Shown here piece after piece: positions 46,902 through 59,596 of a stretch of DNA of 64,000 nt. Positions within the stretch are counted from its first letter, which is position 1. Every line of letters begins with the position of its first letter. The DNA is from Fimicolochytrium jonesii (lineage: Eukaryota), in contig NW_026515681.1 in the NCBI RefSeq assembly GCF_025526975.1, positions 186,001 to 250,000 on the forward strand, written 5' to 3'. The notes beneath the pieces are model-generated. The model saw nothing but the letters and a program-made list of their open reading frames with translations. It was not told the DNA's origin and did not search any database. A program made the translations under genes and the position numbers.

Positions 46902-47954
46902 ATGCGCATCCTTCAAAGTCTGCGTGGGGCACTTATTTCGGTTTTGTCAACAAAGGCGATGGTCGCAGCAACGTCCGCGGGCACGAATGTGACCGCCCCC
47001 GGCCAACACAACCCTCTGAAGTTTTATGGCAACTATTACGGGCACATTCTGTCCGATCTGGAAGCTCTGCACCGACATGTCGGCGAAAAGAGCGGCGATC
47101 GGGGCCTCATCTTCCTAGCAGGCGACTCGTCGCTGGACAACAAGCACTGGCTGTTTGTCGGGGACAAGACCAACCCAGGCCAATTGACGAACGATAAGGT
47201 CACAGCTGATGCACCCCCTCCTTACAAAGAGTTCTTCCAACCGCCGCGGTGTGTTCAGGATGTTGCTTACTGGCTTACCCGCAAGGCGGCATCTGTGAGG
47301 GAAGGAAAAAGTAAAGTGGGGCCATACGCAGCCATCAATTCCGCGTTGGAGGCATCTACCCTCGCCGACCGGGACAAGCATCTAACAGACCATGACACTT
47401 TCGTCCGCGACCACATTGCTTCCAACGACATTCTCGTCGTGTCCGTCGCCGCCAACGACATTGCCCTTCGACCCACGCGTGCCACAGTCTCCGCCCTAGG
47501 CACCGTCCTCTCCCTTCCAGATTCCAGCATAAAAGCCGCCACAGCAAGCACACCCGGCATCGACTACTTCGTCGACATGTTCAACCACAAGATCGCATCC
47601 TACATAGCCAAACTCACCGCCAAACAAAAACCCAAATCAGTCCTAGTCTGTATGATCTACTTTCCCGACGAAACCGTGACGGACAGTTGGGCCAACGGCG
47701 CGCTGGCGATGCTGGGATACAATGACCGGCCGGGGAAGCTGCAGATGGTTATTGAAAAGGTGTATGAGCTCGCCACGTGTAAGGTTGATATACCCGGCAC
47801 GAAAGTCGTGCCCGTGCCGTTATTTAGGGCGTTGGATGGGAGGGTTACGGGGGATTATGAGATGAGGGTTGAGCCGAGTGTTGTGGGGGGGAGCAAGATT
47901 GCGGACTTGATTTGGGAGGTGATTGAGGGACAGGGGAAGGGGTCGCATATTTGA
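46902..47954 (+). CDS. Intronless SGNH/GDSL-hydrolase-like protein
   Basis: LAGDSSLDN (block I), VSVAANDI (block III-like) and DYEMRVEPS..G (block V-like). Start is at 46902 or 46959. Confidence 0.7.
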   Translation: MRILQSLRGALISVLSTKAMVAATSAGTNVTAPGQHNPLKFYGNYYGHILSDLEALHRHVGEKSGDRGLIFLAGDSSLDNKHWLFVGDKTNPGQLTNDKVTADAPPPYKEFFQPPRCVQDVAYWLTRKAASVREGKSKVGPYAAINSALEASTLADRDKHLTDHDTFVRDHIASNDILVVSVAANDIALRPTRATVSALGTVLSLPDSSIKAATASTPGIDYFVDMFNHKIASYIAKLTAKQKPKSVLVCMIYFPDETVTDSWANGALAMLGYNDRPGKLQMVIEKVYELATCKVDIPGTKVVPVPLFRALDGRVTGDYEMRVEPSVVGGSKIADLIWEVIEGQGKGSHI

Positions 47955-48907
47955 CTTGAAACGGATGTACGACCGGGTTTCTCGATTATTCTGGGTGATT
48001 GGTTGACACTGGTGGTTTTGGCAATACTGTATATGTAGCCTCGCTTCTCTGGATCTGGATCTGTATCTAGTGCATCAAATCGGTTGCGGTAGTAAGTGAG
48101 GACAGCCCGTCTTCTTTACCTTTCTACAACTGTGCATACATAAGGCCTGCAAGTATGGGTGTGAAGGACGACGGTGAGCGGAGAATCGTGAGATCTCGGT
48201 GTTCCCCATTCCTCCTCTGCTTCCCCACGCTTGGCGGTCCCCACGTCTTGTTCCCACAAAGAGTATAAATAGCGTAGTCCATTGCGTTCCCCTTGTTGCT
48301 CTCCAGCAGATCAACAAAAGTCATCCCCTCTTGCATATAACTTAGAGAGGGGCCACGCTCAGGCCACGCTCGCGCGCGCCTTTGGTGCCCTGGGCCGCCG
48401 CGGGAGACCGAGATCCTTCTCACAATTGCGCACACTTGCACCTCCATAACGGTGCGCTTCGCCGCGGACCAAAACGGTGCGGGACCTGGTCTTACCGAGT
48501 TCGTAGCGGCCGAAGGGTCGTGGGAAAAAGGGTACCTGGGAAAATGCGAAGACGTTGGCGGCAGGAGGCTAACGACGTTGTGGAAGCACGGAACGGAGCA
48601 CGGGCAGGACGGACGGAACGTGGGCAGGCTCTCCGGGGCTGTCTGAACGCTTGGTGGATGCTACCATGTGAATGCTCGATAATGTATTCCAAAGCGTCTA
48701 TCAAGCTTCTAGCTGCATGAAGACAAAAGGAAGCCGCTACGAACTCCGACATACTTTCTCTCACAGTGTGCATATCACGGGACTAGAGAACTACAGCATT
48801 TCGGCATTGACAGCACACAATCAGTACAAAAAGGAAACGAGAGGTTGCGCGCTGGTTCTGCTATCGAATGAAGTACAAAAGCGATCTGGTCACGGCCCCC
48901 TGCGGTG

Positions 48908-51554
48908 CTAAACATGTCTTTCTGCGTCCTTGGCCAGTTGACTGGTTCCACTATTAAGCGGTGCCCTCTTAGAGGCGGCCTGGGACATCGAACCAGCACC
49001 GCGCTTTGGGCCTGCTAAATTCTTGTTGCTCTCGATCGCTTTGGCGAATCTGAAATGATAGGAGTTTTGTGAGGACTATGAGGGTCGCGGGAAGTGGGTG
49101 GAACACGCCCTTACTTGGATAGCATTTGGGCGAAAGTTTCCTCCATTGAAGCTAGCTCCATGATGATGGATGTGCGCTGCAGTGTCCACGACTCAAAGCG
49201 CTTTTCGGTATGCGACGCAAAAGTTAGGAGACGTCTTGGATTTTGCGAAAACGCAAACTTCCCTGATGAAGCCCATACCTGAAATCAAATTTTGTAGCCT
49301 ACCAAAACGCACGCATCCGTTGAACATTGAAATGCCAATGGAGTTACAAGAAATGAAGCGATCCGAGCTCACCTGCCCCATGACTCGATCCAATTTCTTC
49401 AAAGGTAAGGTGAACATATAGCTTATGACCGCTGCAAGTAGGAGCATCACGGAAGATATGGCGGCAATGGAAGCTACGGCGGACTTCCTGCTCTTCCGCA
49501 TGGCATCCAGGAGATCCTCTGCAAATCACGGAAGGTGTGATTGAGCAGCAAGAATATGAGTACTTTTGCACCTCCGGACATCATAACGTGAATTTGGAAT
49601 CGATTTTACTTTCGGGAATGACGAGAATGGTGACCAACTTGAGCCCGTACGGATCCTCGATCACCAGAAGCTCCAGCATGGCGCGTCCTTGCTCAGAAGT
49701 CTCGAAACTGCCCGGTGAAACTACCCGGCACATTGGCAAAGCTACTATGAATGCGCAGAACCTCGGTGCTCGCCTCCTGCCGTTCCCATCGCGAATTCAA
49801 ATCAGTGAAAAGTCAGGCTGGGAGCCGCGGTTGAAGCCATGGGAAGAATGTGTCTGTTTTCTTCAGACTCACCCGCAGAACAAGGTTGTCAGAAGCTGTG
49901 GCCTCGACTGTGCCAGTCTTCGTGGGGTTCAGTTGCATACCGGGGCGATTCCCAGCGACACTAAAGGAACGACGCTCCTTTGAGTGGTTTAACATCCTGT
50001 CCGACAACTCCAGTCATCTCCTTCGCCCATAGTAGTACATACACTTTTCCAGAAGGATATTCCCTGATGCATATGGATTTGAATCGCAGTATACTCTCAG
50101 CGAAAGGGTTCCATTGCTTTTTGTGGCCCGGCAATGACTTACAGAAGAGCGATAATGGTATTTTCTGTGACGAACAAGTTCTGCAGATATGAATCGATGG
50201 CCTTCACGTTGTAGACTCCTTGATACAGCAAGTCAAATGGTGTTGCTAAGCTTGGCGGGTTGAACAACCTTTGAGAAAGGAACGTAGGGGTCAACACCGT
50301 TGCTCACGTCTGCTCAGCATTAAGGGTGAGTGGTGTCTCCCTTCCCGGGCTCTTTATCTACCATTCATGTCTGTAGCAGCTGATCATCGTTTTCACCGTT
50401 CCTGCTATGGGAAAAGTGATAGCTTGTGCGTTCCAAGTTGTGGTAAGGACTGCGTCGGACAGCCCCTTTTTGCTGAAGCTGCTCGGTCCCATCGGTTGAA
50501 AGGTCACAGTACGATTGATCCCAACTCCCTCGCGCACGTAAGCGCCCGGGTAGTTCTGCACGTGGGTCGCATTGTAGTCCGCTTGTCGGGTGGCACGCTC
50601 CCCACTGGGAGCCACTTGATAGTTCAAGTTTGCACAAGGCCGCTTTATTAGAGGAGGACGAGCGATCTATGTGGGACTTTCACGCCCCAGGTAGTACACA
50701 CACGTGCGGAACTTACCGAAGACACGATCGGCCTCCAATGCGTTCTTGACGACAGCGAAGCCCTATGCAGGAGAGATATGAGTTACCGAATCACCGCTGT
50801 GATGGTGTGTCTTTCGGCGATGGACATCATGTCTGGAAAAAGCCTGAGAACCGCATCGATAGGCATCAATCATTTCTTGCCTCCTTTGAACATCGTACAA
50901 AGAACAGCAGATGGGGAGGTAATACACGGACGGTGGACTCGGGCTCACCACACGTACCTGTCGCGAAAGTCCCATAATGCCGCGTTGCGGTCTGAACTGA
51001 AAGCAGCCGCGAAATCCTTTATCGAAAGTGAATTGCTGATGTCTGTCGGCAAAGAAGTGGTGTGCACCGGACAGTTGAGCAAAATGAAGCAGAGCTATGT
51101 CGTGATGTAAGCCGTTACCGTTGATCGCTTGAGGGCATCTCCCAGTCAAGCTAATGACTGATGATGTTGATGGAGGTGATCAGACATCAACTTATTAGGA
51201 GCAGATATCAGCCTGCGGCCCAAAACCTACCTTGATTGCGTACTTCATCGATAATCCGATAACGCAACACGCCGGTGACTTTATACGACGACCAAATGAA
51301 AAGGGTGTTGTTACAATGCCCAGTAAACCATATCTCATGGCCGGCTTCCCGCAAAAGTCACCTTCGGCAATAGAATCATCTGCGCCCTTGAAAGACAGCA
51401 CTCCAAGCGGGATGGAAATTGAGCCCGCTATAATGATAGTGCAAAGCAAAAGCACCACGGCCAAAGGGACTCTGGTGCGGTGCAGACGGGATGAAGCTGA
51501 GGCGACGGCGCCGGTCTGATCACTAGAAGGGGTGTCTCGGCTTGCGCCTTCCAT
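48908..51554 (-). pseudogene. Intron-rich two-TM sensor-like gene (TM - Cache-like ectodomain - TM - HAMP-like), apparently frameshifted
   Basis: TM1 VPLAVVLLLCTIIIAG; IEDPYGLKLVTILVIPE; TM2 followed by TLPLKKLDRVMGQATKFDFS and ELASMEETFAQMLSKFAKAI. Needs 1-nt corrections near 49706 and 49184. Confidence 0.6.
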
Positions 51555-52102
51555 TATGCGAGGCTGTTGTTAGTGTCTTTCTGGGGAAGGTTACCGAGGC
51601 CCCAACTGTGTGTCCACCGGGGTTTCAACGGGAATCGCTTACCTAAGGCCATTGACAGGCCGGCGCGTGTGCTTTCTGCCTACAATCAACCCCGTCATAA
51701 AGAACCAGCGCGCTTTCGGATAATGAGCCCAGTCCCCGTAATGAAGCGCACAGCCACCGGAGCCACGGAGCCGCGCAGAGGGAGGGGAAATTGAACGTGG
51801 CGCGCGGCTTTCATGCCACCTCCCAATTTCCGACGGGAACCGATACGTGTGAGGGAAGTGTCAATCGCACGTCGCTCTGGTAACTCCCTCCCTCCCCCAC
51901 GGTCCCTTCATACTACCTACTACCATCCGGGCCTCCATGTCCATGTGGACAAGCGGTGGACAGGAATCTGATGAGATGCTTCCAGTCCAAATCGGTCAAG
52001 GCTGACCGCTCTTTATAAAACAATTCCACCAAACGTCTTCTCTCCTCGTCTTCTCGTCGACATTTCCTCTCTTCTCGTCGACACCTCAAATAACCGCTGG
52101 CA

Positions 52103-55100
52103 ATGCTTCCCGCCAACGTCAAAAAGGATAACAACGAACTGCAGGATTCCGACCATACTCTTCACGTCCATGACGTTGTAACTGTGCCGCACTCGGCCGA
52201 GAGTGCGTTCGGCAAAGACTCGATCTTCAACGGCAAAGGCACAACGAAGGAGGACAGCGACCCCAAGGTTTCGTACTTCCAACTTTATCGCTTTGCATCC
52301 CCGTTCGATTGGCTCTGTGTCATCATCGGATCCCTCTGCGCCATCGCGAACGGCGTCGGCCAGCCCCTCGTTGCGCTATTGATGGGGGACGTCATCAACT
52401 CTATCAATGGGTCCGCTCAAGCAGATGCCGTCGATGCAATACGCACCATCGTTATCAAATTTACCGTCGTCGGTGCGATCAGTTTTGTCGTGGCCTATGG
52501 TTCGATGTGTCTGTTCACCCTCTCGGCTGAAAATCAGACGAAACGAATCCGTGAGAAATACCTCCGTGCGATTCTGCGGCAGGACATGTCGTGGCACGAC
52601 ACCGGGAAAAACAGCGAGTCGCTCAATTCACGTTTGAGTGCTGACACACAATTGATCTTCGATGGGTTGGCAGATAAGGTCGGACTTGTCCTTACCAGCG
52701 TCGCTATGTTTGTAGCTGGCTTTGTGATTGCATTCACCCATGGTTGGCGGATGTCGTTGGTTCTCTTGACGGCTGTTCCTCTGATGGCTGGTATGTAGTT
52801 CTCCATTATCTTGGGAGGGCGAGTTCCGGTGATGTGGCTTGACGCTGACATTCCCTTTCTTCGCTAACGGCATCAGTTACTGGAGCCATTATGATGAGGA
52901 TCACCACGTCAAACACAGCCGACGGACAGGACGCTTACGCCAAAGCTGGAGGTGTAGCTGAGCAAGCCATCGCATCCATCCGGACGATCTTCGCCTTCAA
53001 CGGTCAACACCGGGAGCTCCGCCGATTCGACACGGTCCTCGCCGAAGCATACAAATCCGGTGTGCGCAAGTCATGGGCAACTGGGCTCGGTATGGGTTGC
53101 TTCATGTTGATCTTGTTCCTGAGCTACTCGCTTGCGTTCTGGTACGGATCCAAACAAGTGCGCGATGGTTACATGGCATCGGGCGACGTCCTGACCGTCC
53201 TGTTTGGGACGGTCATTGGTGCCTTCTCATTGGGCAATGTGGGACCCAACATCGCGAATTTCGCCAAGGCTCAAGCAGCTGCCTACACGATCTTCAAGAC
53301 CATTGACCGCATACCCCCAATTGACTCCTTCGACCCCGCCGGCCTCAAGCCGAAGAACTTAAGCGGCCACATTGTCGTTGAAGACGTCAGCTTTGCGTAT
53401 TCAAGCCGGCCCGATATTCCTGTCTTGAACCTCATGAACATGGAAGTCCGTCCAGGGCAGTGCGTGGCCTTGGTCGGTCACTCTGGAAGTGGTAAAAGCA
53501 CGATCATCAGCCTCCTCGAACGGTTTTACGATCCGAGCAATGGTGCTATCACTATCGATGGGTTTGATATCAAGACCTTGAATGTGCGACATCTCCGAGA
53601 CCTTATCGGAATCGTCTCGCAGGAGCCGGTGTTGTTCAATGCTACCATCAAACAAAACATACAGTACGGGACTCGGGAAGAGCAGACGCCGCCAACGGAC
53701 AAGGATATTGAAGAGGCATGTCGCATGGCGAATGCGCACGATTTTATTTCGAAGCTACCCAACGGCTACAATACAATGGTCGGAGAGAAGGGCGCCCTCC
53801 TCTCCGGTGGGGAGCGGCAACGGATCGGTAAGTCGCTATGCAATCTTTCCCCTCTTTGGCATCGTTGAGTGGTGAATTAACCCGCTATTTCTTCCTGACA
53901 GCCATCGCTCGGGCCTTGATCAAGAAGCCAGCAATACTTCTCTTGGATGAGGCGACCTCAGCTCTGGATACCGAGTCGGAGCGCATGGTGCAAGGTCGGG
54001 ACCCAATAGTCATCTCTCTATAATAATGTGCTATACGCGTTTTCTGCATGGGTCTAATTCATCACACTCCTCATGCCATTCCCGCTACAGCTGCCCTGGA
54101 CAACGCCACCGCCGGCCGTTCAACCATCGTTATCGCCCACCGTCTCTCGACGATAATGAAGGCAGATCGAATCTACGTCATGGACAAAGGAGTGGTCGTG
54201 GAGTCGGGAACACACGAAGACCTTATGAAGCGCGGGAGCGTCTACACAGCCCTTGTTGCCAAGCAACAACTCAAAACGGGTGGGGTGGATGTAGGACTCG
54301 ATGTCCCTCGGACGTCCACTCTCCAGACGACAAGCACAGGTTCTGGCAGTACACATCAGACTGGCGACAAGCCGGACGGCTCATTCCGACGGAACCTGCC
54401 TCAGCATTCCGGAACAACAGTAGAAGGCGCTACCGTCATCAGCATTTCGGAAGATCAGGAAACCTCTATGGCACGAGAGAAGAAGGAAGCTGCGAGGAAG
54501 CTCAAATTGGCAAAGGCACCCATCGGGCGCACGCTCAAGTACCTCCGAGAAGACATCGCACTATGTCTTCTGGGCGTCTTCTTTGCTATCATTCAAGGCG
54601 GTCTGTTCCCGACTTTCGCAAAGGTGTTCGGGCAAGCCATCGCGCTTCTCTCCAGCTTCGACACGGTCGGGGATGAGTTCATCCCCAAGGCCAACCACTA
54701 CGCCTTGATCTTCCTGCTCATTGCTGTCGTCGGCTTCATTGGTTTCGGCGCCGGACTGACCATTTTCCTGATCGTTGGCGAGCGCATGACCCGTCGAATG
54801 CGGCACCTGAGCTTTAGGGCCATCCTCAGTCAAGAAATTGGATTCTTTGATCTTCCGGAGAACTCCACGGGCGCTTTGGCGAGTCGATTGGCGACCGACG
54901 CTCAGCAGATGCTTGATATGGTCAGCCAGGTGATTCTGACCACTGTTTCGTCGCTTGCGACCATCGCGATCGGCCTAGGTTTGGCATTCGCCGCAACATG
55001 GCAGATGACGCTGATCATCCTTGCTGCCATTCCGGTCATTGGGTTGGGGCAGTACCTCGAACTGGCGTCGTTGACGGGCTTCGGTGAGAAGACGCGCAAG

Positions 55101-56282
55101 GCGTATGAGAAGTCGGGGCAGGTGGCTGGGGAGGCCATTGCGCACATCCGCACCGTTGCCTCACTTGCGAAAGAGGACATATTTGAGAGGCGCTACATTG
55201 AAGTCACAAAGGAACCGCACAGATACGCTTTGCACAAAGCACTCTTTGCCAGCTTCGGTTTTGCGCTTTCACAGGGCGTTGCGTTTTGGGCCTACAGCAT
55301 TGGCTTCTACGGGGGCTACCGGCTCGTCGAGAACAGCATAATTACATGGGGGCAGATGTTTGAGTGCATGTTTGCAGTCGTTTTCACGGCGATCAGTCTC
55401 GGGCACATCACCGCGGAGTTGCCAAAATACGCGAAAGGGAAGCAGTCCGCAATCAACATATACGAGCTCTTCGATAAACAAACGTTCATTGACGCCGACC
55501 AGGACGGCGTCAAATTTGAGGCCGTCAACGGGTATGCAGGGCTCGACAAGGTCAACTTTCATTACCCGACTCGCCAAGACGTTAGCGTGTTCACAGACGT
55601 GGATGTAGATGTCCAACCGTCGCAGATGGTTGCGCTGGTGGGACCATCGGGCTGTGGCAAATCGACCGTCATCGCGCTGTTAGAGCGCTGGTATGATGTG
55701 ATTGGCGGCCAGGCTACGCTGGAAAAATACGATATTCGAAACTTGCAGCTCCACAACGCTCGTAAACACATGGCGCTCGTGGGACAGGAGCCAGTGCTGT
55801 TCGACATGTCCGTCAAGGACAATATCCTCTACGGGGTTCCTGATGGCGAGAAGGGCTCCATGGAGGAGGTCGAGGCCGCTGCCAAACTTTCCAACATTCA
55901 CGACTTTGTGATGTCCTTACCCGACGGGTATGACACGAGCGTTGGCCAACTTGGGAGCCAAATCAGCGGGGGCCAAAGGCAACGAATCGCCATAGCACGC
56001 GCTCTGATACGTCAACCCCGGCTCTTGCTGCTCGATGAGGCCACATCGGCGTTAGACTCCGAGTCGGAGAAATTAGTCCAAGAGGCTCTGGACAAGGCCC
56101 GCCACGGTCGCACCACGATCGTAATTGCGCACCGCCTTTCAACCATTCAAGATGCGGATATGATTTTGGTTGTCAAGGACGGGCGAGTCATTGAGTCCGG
56201 GCGACATTATGAGTTGGTCGGTCTGGGCGGCGTGTATGCGGCGTTGTGTCTGAAGCAGGATTTAGCGGTGCCCAGCGAGTAG
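52103..56282 (+). CDS. Full-size ABCB multidrug resistance (P-glycoprotein/MDR1-like) transporter
   Basis: Two TMDs and two NBDs (GHSGSGKST...LSGGERQR and GPSGCGKST...ISGGQRQR); three introns; TATAAAA near 52013. Confidence 0.96.
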
Positions 56283-57298
56283 ATTCGAAGACTATGTCCA
56301 CGCGGATGTACAGTAATTCCCTTGGATATGCGCAGTTTGTTATTTTGACTGTGGTCTGATTTTGTTTGCGCATATACACTGCATTGTTCCTTAAATAACG
56401 AGACTTGTCCGAATGACAACACAACTGTCAACGCAACTGTCAAGATGCGCATTTGCGACGCCGGCGCATGCTTAGTAAGCATACTCCGCAGCTTTGCACA
56501 TGATTGGAGGCGGTGCTTCGAAGTTACAATGCTATTGCATCCACCTACTAATTTGGTTTTTCTCAAGCTAGGTCCCTTTAACCGTCGTTCTTTCGCAATG
56601 TCCACCTCGGCGACCTCTCACCCTCTCACGGCTGCTAACGAATGGGCTGCTAACCCTAATGGCACAACATTGCATGGGCAGATGATAGGGCAACCTTTAC
56701 CGAAAATTGTGAGAGGAATGGTGAGGCCTCCGAAAGAGCACCGATGTTGAAGGTGGTACAGCCGCTGCTACATGAAACGAGCAGAGGAAGTCTCATCATA
56801 ACATCTCCCACTGGCGTCAACATGCGGGAGGCTTCCCTCGGTGCTTTTGCATGCACCGCGTCATATGCCATACATTGACAGCATTGACAGTGCTGGTCAA
56901 CTGCTGTCAATCAGAGTTTGCCGCCGAGGTCCTTCGTGGGAGTGCTGGTGGTTATCGCCTTCGTCCTTTGACCTGCTGCCATCTTTCTTGTAGGCGAGGA
57001 ACTGCTGGGAGCTGCGACAGTCATCGGTAACTAGCGCTCATGGACACGCGCACACGTTGAGGAAAACGGAAAAAGCGGGAAGGGTTGCCATGGAGAAAAC
57101 CCCCTGGGGGGTGAGAGGAGTCCACATGGACAAATGAATAACAGAGTAAGAAATGTTATTGTATATGCTTTGCATTATTCATTTCAGAAATCCCGCACGA
57201 CCCAAATCCTTTAAGGGAAAGAAAACTAATCATACCGCAACTAGCTAGCGGGACGACAGATATGGAAACGGAAGAGAACGAACGAGCTTTCCATCTTT

Positions 57299-58395
57299 TC
57301 ACTTGAACTGCGCCTTGTTGACCTTGACAAACTCCTCAAAGGAGATTGGATCTGTTCCAACGATCTGTTTGTAACCCGGCAAAGTGTTGGCTGTCTCGTA
57401 ACTCTCGTCGAAGCCCGCTTCCATAAGTTCCACCACTGCAGAGAAATGAAATAAGCCCAAGCGAAAGGGAGAAAACAGAGCGAAACACCTCATGCGCTGC
57501 CAGACTTACTGGCATCCGCGGTAAATTTGCTCATTCCCATGGTCTGCACGGCCGCTTCGGCAATGGTCGAGCCAGGGAGCGTAACAACAGCCACATCCTT
57601 TCCCAAACTTGTTGTCATGACCTCGGCAATATTCTCATTTGACAGAACCTGAGGATGGTAGAGGTTGAACGTCGCGGTCTTCCCGGTCTTGGGAATTGGA
57701 CCGAGAAGCAGAGCCGCTGCGGCTCGTCCAATGTCGGATGCTGCGATGTATGGGATGTCACGGGATTTGGAGGATGCGTAGATTCCTCCGGTTTGGGTGA
57801 GGAAGTTGTCCATGAACCACGAGGCCCGAAGGATGCTAAGGGCATAGTCGTAATGTCGATAAATGTTTTCCGCCACGCCGTGCGCGCGGATAATCTTCAG
57901 ATTGCTCGTGGGGTTGGCGTCAATGCTAGACAAATAGACTACATGTTTGACGTCGGCGACGTGAGCGGCCTGCGGGCAGGGATTTCAGTGATGAGTATGA
58001 TGATGCAGATGGTAAAAAGCGACAAGATAGCAGATGACGAGAATGGCGGAAGAGTTCCCGTCTCTTACCTGCGCTGCCACAGCATCCAACAAGATTTGTT
58101 CCTCGCAAATGGGCGGCGTCATGGCATACAACGCCTCAACACCTTTCAACGCCTTCGTCACAGCATCCAAATCTTTGAAATCGGCAATCTGCACAAACTC
58201 CACATCTTCAACTGGGAAGAGTTTGCGAGCCTTGTCCACGTTTCGCACGAGCGCTCGCACTCGGATGGCAGCATCGCCGGTACTGGGTTTCTTGTTGGGG
58301 GCTAGGAGCGAACGCAAGACTGCTGATCCAGTTGTTCCGGTAGACCCGAGAACGCCGATCAGTTTAGGGGTAGAGGATGTGGTTGGAACGACCAT
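57299..58395 (-). CDS. NmrA-like / atypical SDR NAD(P)-binding protein
   Basis: LIGVLGSTGTTGS, VRALVRN, ILRASWFMDNF and YIAASDIGRAAA; two introns. Confidence 0.88.
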
Positions 58396-58644
58396 GACAG
58401 GCAGATATGCGACTTCACTTCTTGTATGTTGTATGTAGTCAGATGAATATAGGGAATGCGACAGAAGGGGGGGAGCATTCCCTCAAGCAGAGCGGAACGG
58501 CGATGGGGAAACTACACATCGTGGTCAAACATCCTGCACCCAAGTGCCCAACTGCAGACGGGTGAAGCACAAGCACCGGCACTAGCACAACATCAAGCAC
58601 CCCGCTGAAGCAGGGTTTTGTGACTTTTCTATGATACCATATTA

Positions 58645-58864
58645 CAAAGCGGGCCGCACTTGAAGCGGGCAAACTACGAAGGAGCGAGGTAGGGCATGTC
58701 GTATCTAGGTTAGGTGACGGTTTAGGACATTGAGGTTTGGAGCCTTGAGTCGACGCAAAGCGGGCCGCACTTACATCGTGGAAGGAGCGAGGAGGTAGGG
58801 CATGCCGGATCTAGATCTAGGTTGGGTGACGGTTTAGGACATTGAGGTTGGGAGCCTTGAGTCG
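58645..58864 (+). repeat. Imperfect ~111-bp tandem duplication in the divergent NmrA/arsM intergenic region
   Basis: CAAAGCGGGCCGCACTT...GAAGGAGCGAGG...GGTGACGGTTTAGGACATTGAGGTT.GGAGCCTTGAGTCG starts at both 58645 and 58756. Confidence 0.92.
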
Positions 58865-59596
58865 TGGAGACTTTAATGCCGCCGGCCATCAGCGAGAGCG
58901 GGGTGAAACGCGGATGGGACCCGCTTCCGCGTCCCTGCGCCAAGCGAACTTGTTACAAATCCGACGGCAGCAGCATATCGAGCTGCACTACGATCAGTCT
59001 ATCACCGAATCCCACAGCGGATGGGAATTGCTAAAGCCCCTGTCAACCGCGGGGGCCCGTTCAAGTTCCAAGTTGCTATGTATCTAACCCTGAACCTGGG
59101 ACGTCAATCTGTACCCATGCCCCAATACTATTGCGCACACTCTCCGTCTACTCTTGGCTAGGCCCGGCCGCAAATGTATCGCCGACGGTGAGGGGATGCC
59201 AGCAGCGGCTCCACCTGAAGGCGATGGGCAGCTGGCCTCTGAATGAAAAGACGTGAATCATTTCCGTGATGGTGCGTGCGTGAGCTCGTTCGGCCCGCGC
59301 CTGGTCCCTGATTAGATATCTGCATCTCAGGTAACTGATGTTTCGCAGCCTTGAAGGTGCTACATTTCAAACCACCACTGGCGGAGTCCGGCGGAGGATT
59401 CCGTGGGGGGAACGACAGGGGGCAAAAGCCTCGTCAGGCGTGTGCAAGCCAGGTGCAAGAAAGTTACAGTAGTTATGTAGGATTGAAGCAGACCATACGA
59501 CCCCGAAGATGATAAAAACAACGCCAGGCCCCAGGCCCCTGGCAATTAACCAAACCCATCGACTCGATAGGCTCACAGGTGTTATCAACGTTCAAC

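Noticed and set aside
9673..56282. Three ABC transporters as a functional cluster
   Set aside because: They belong to different subfamilies and are separated by unrelated housekeeping genes.
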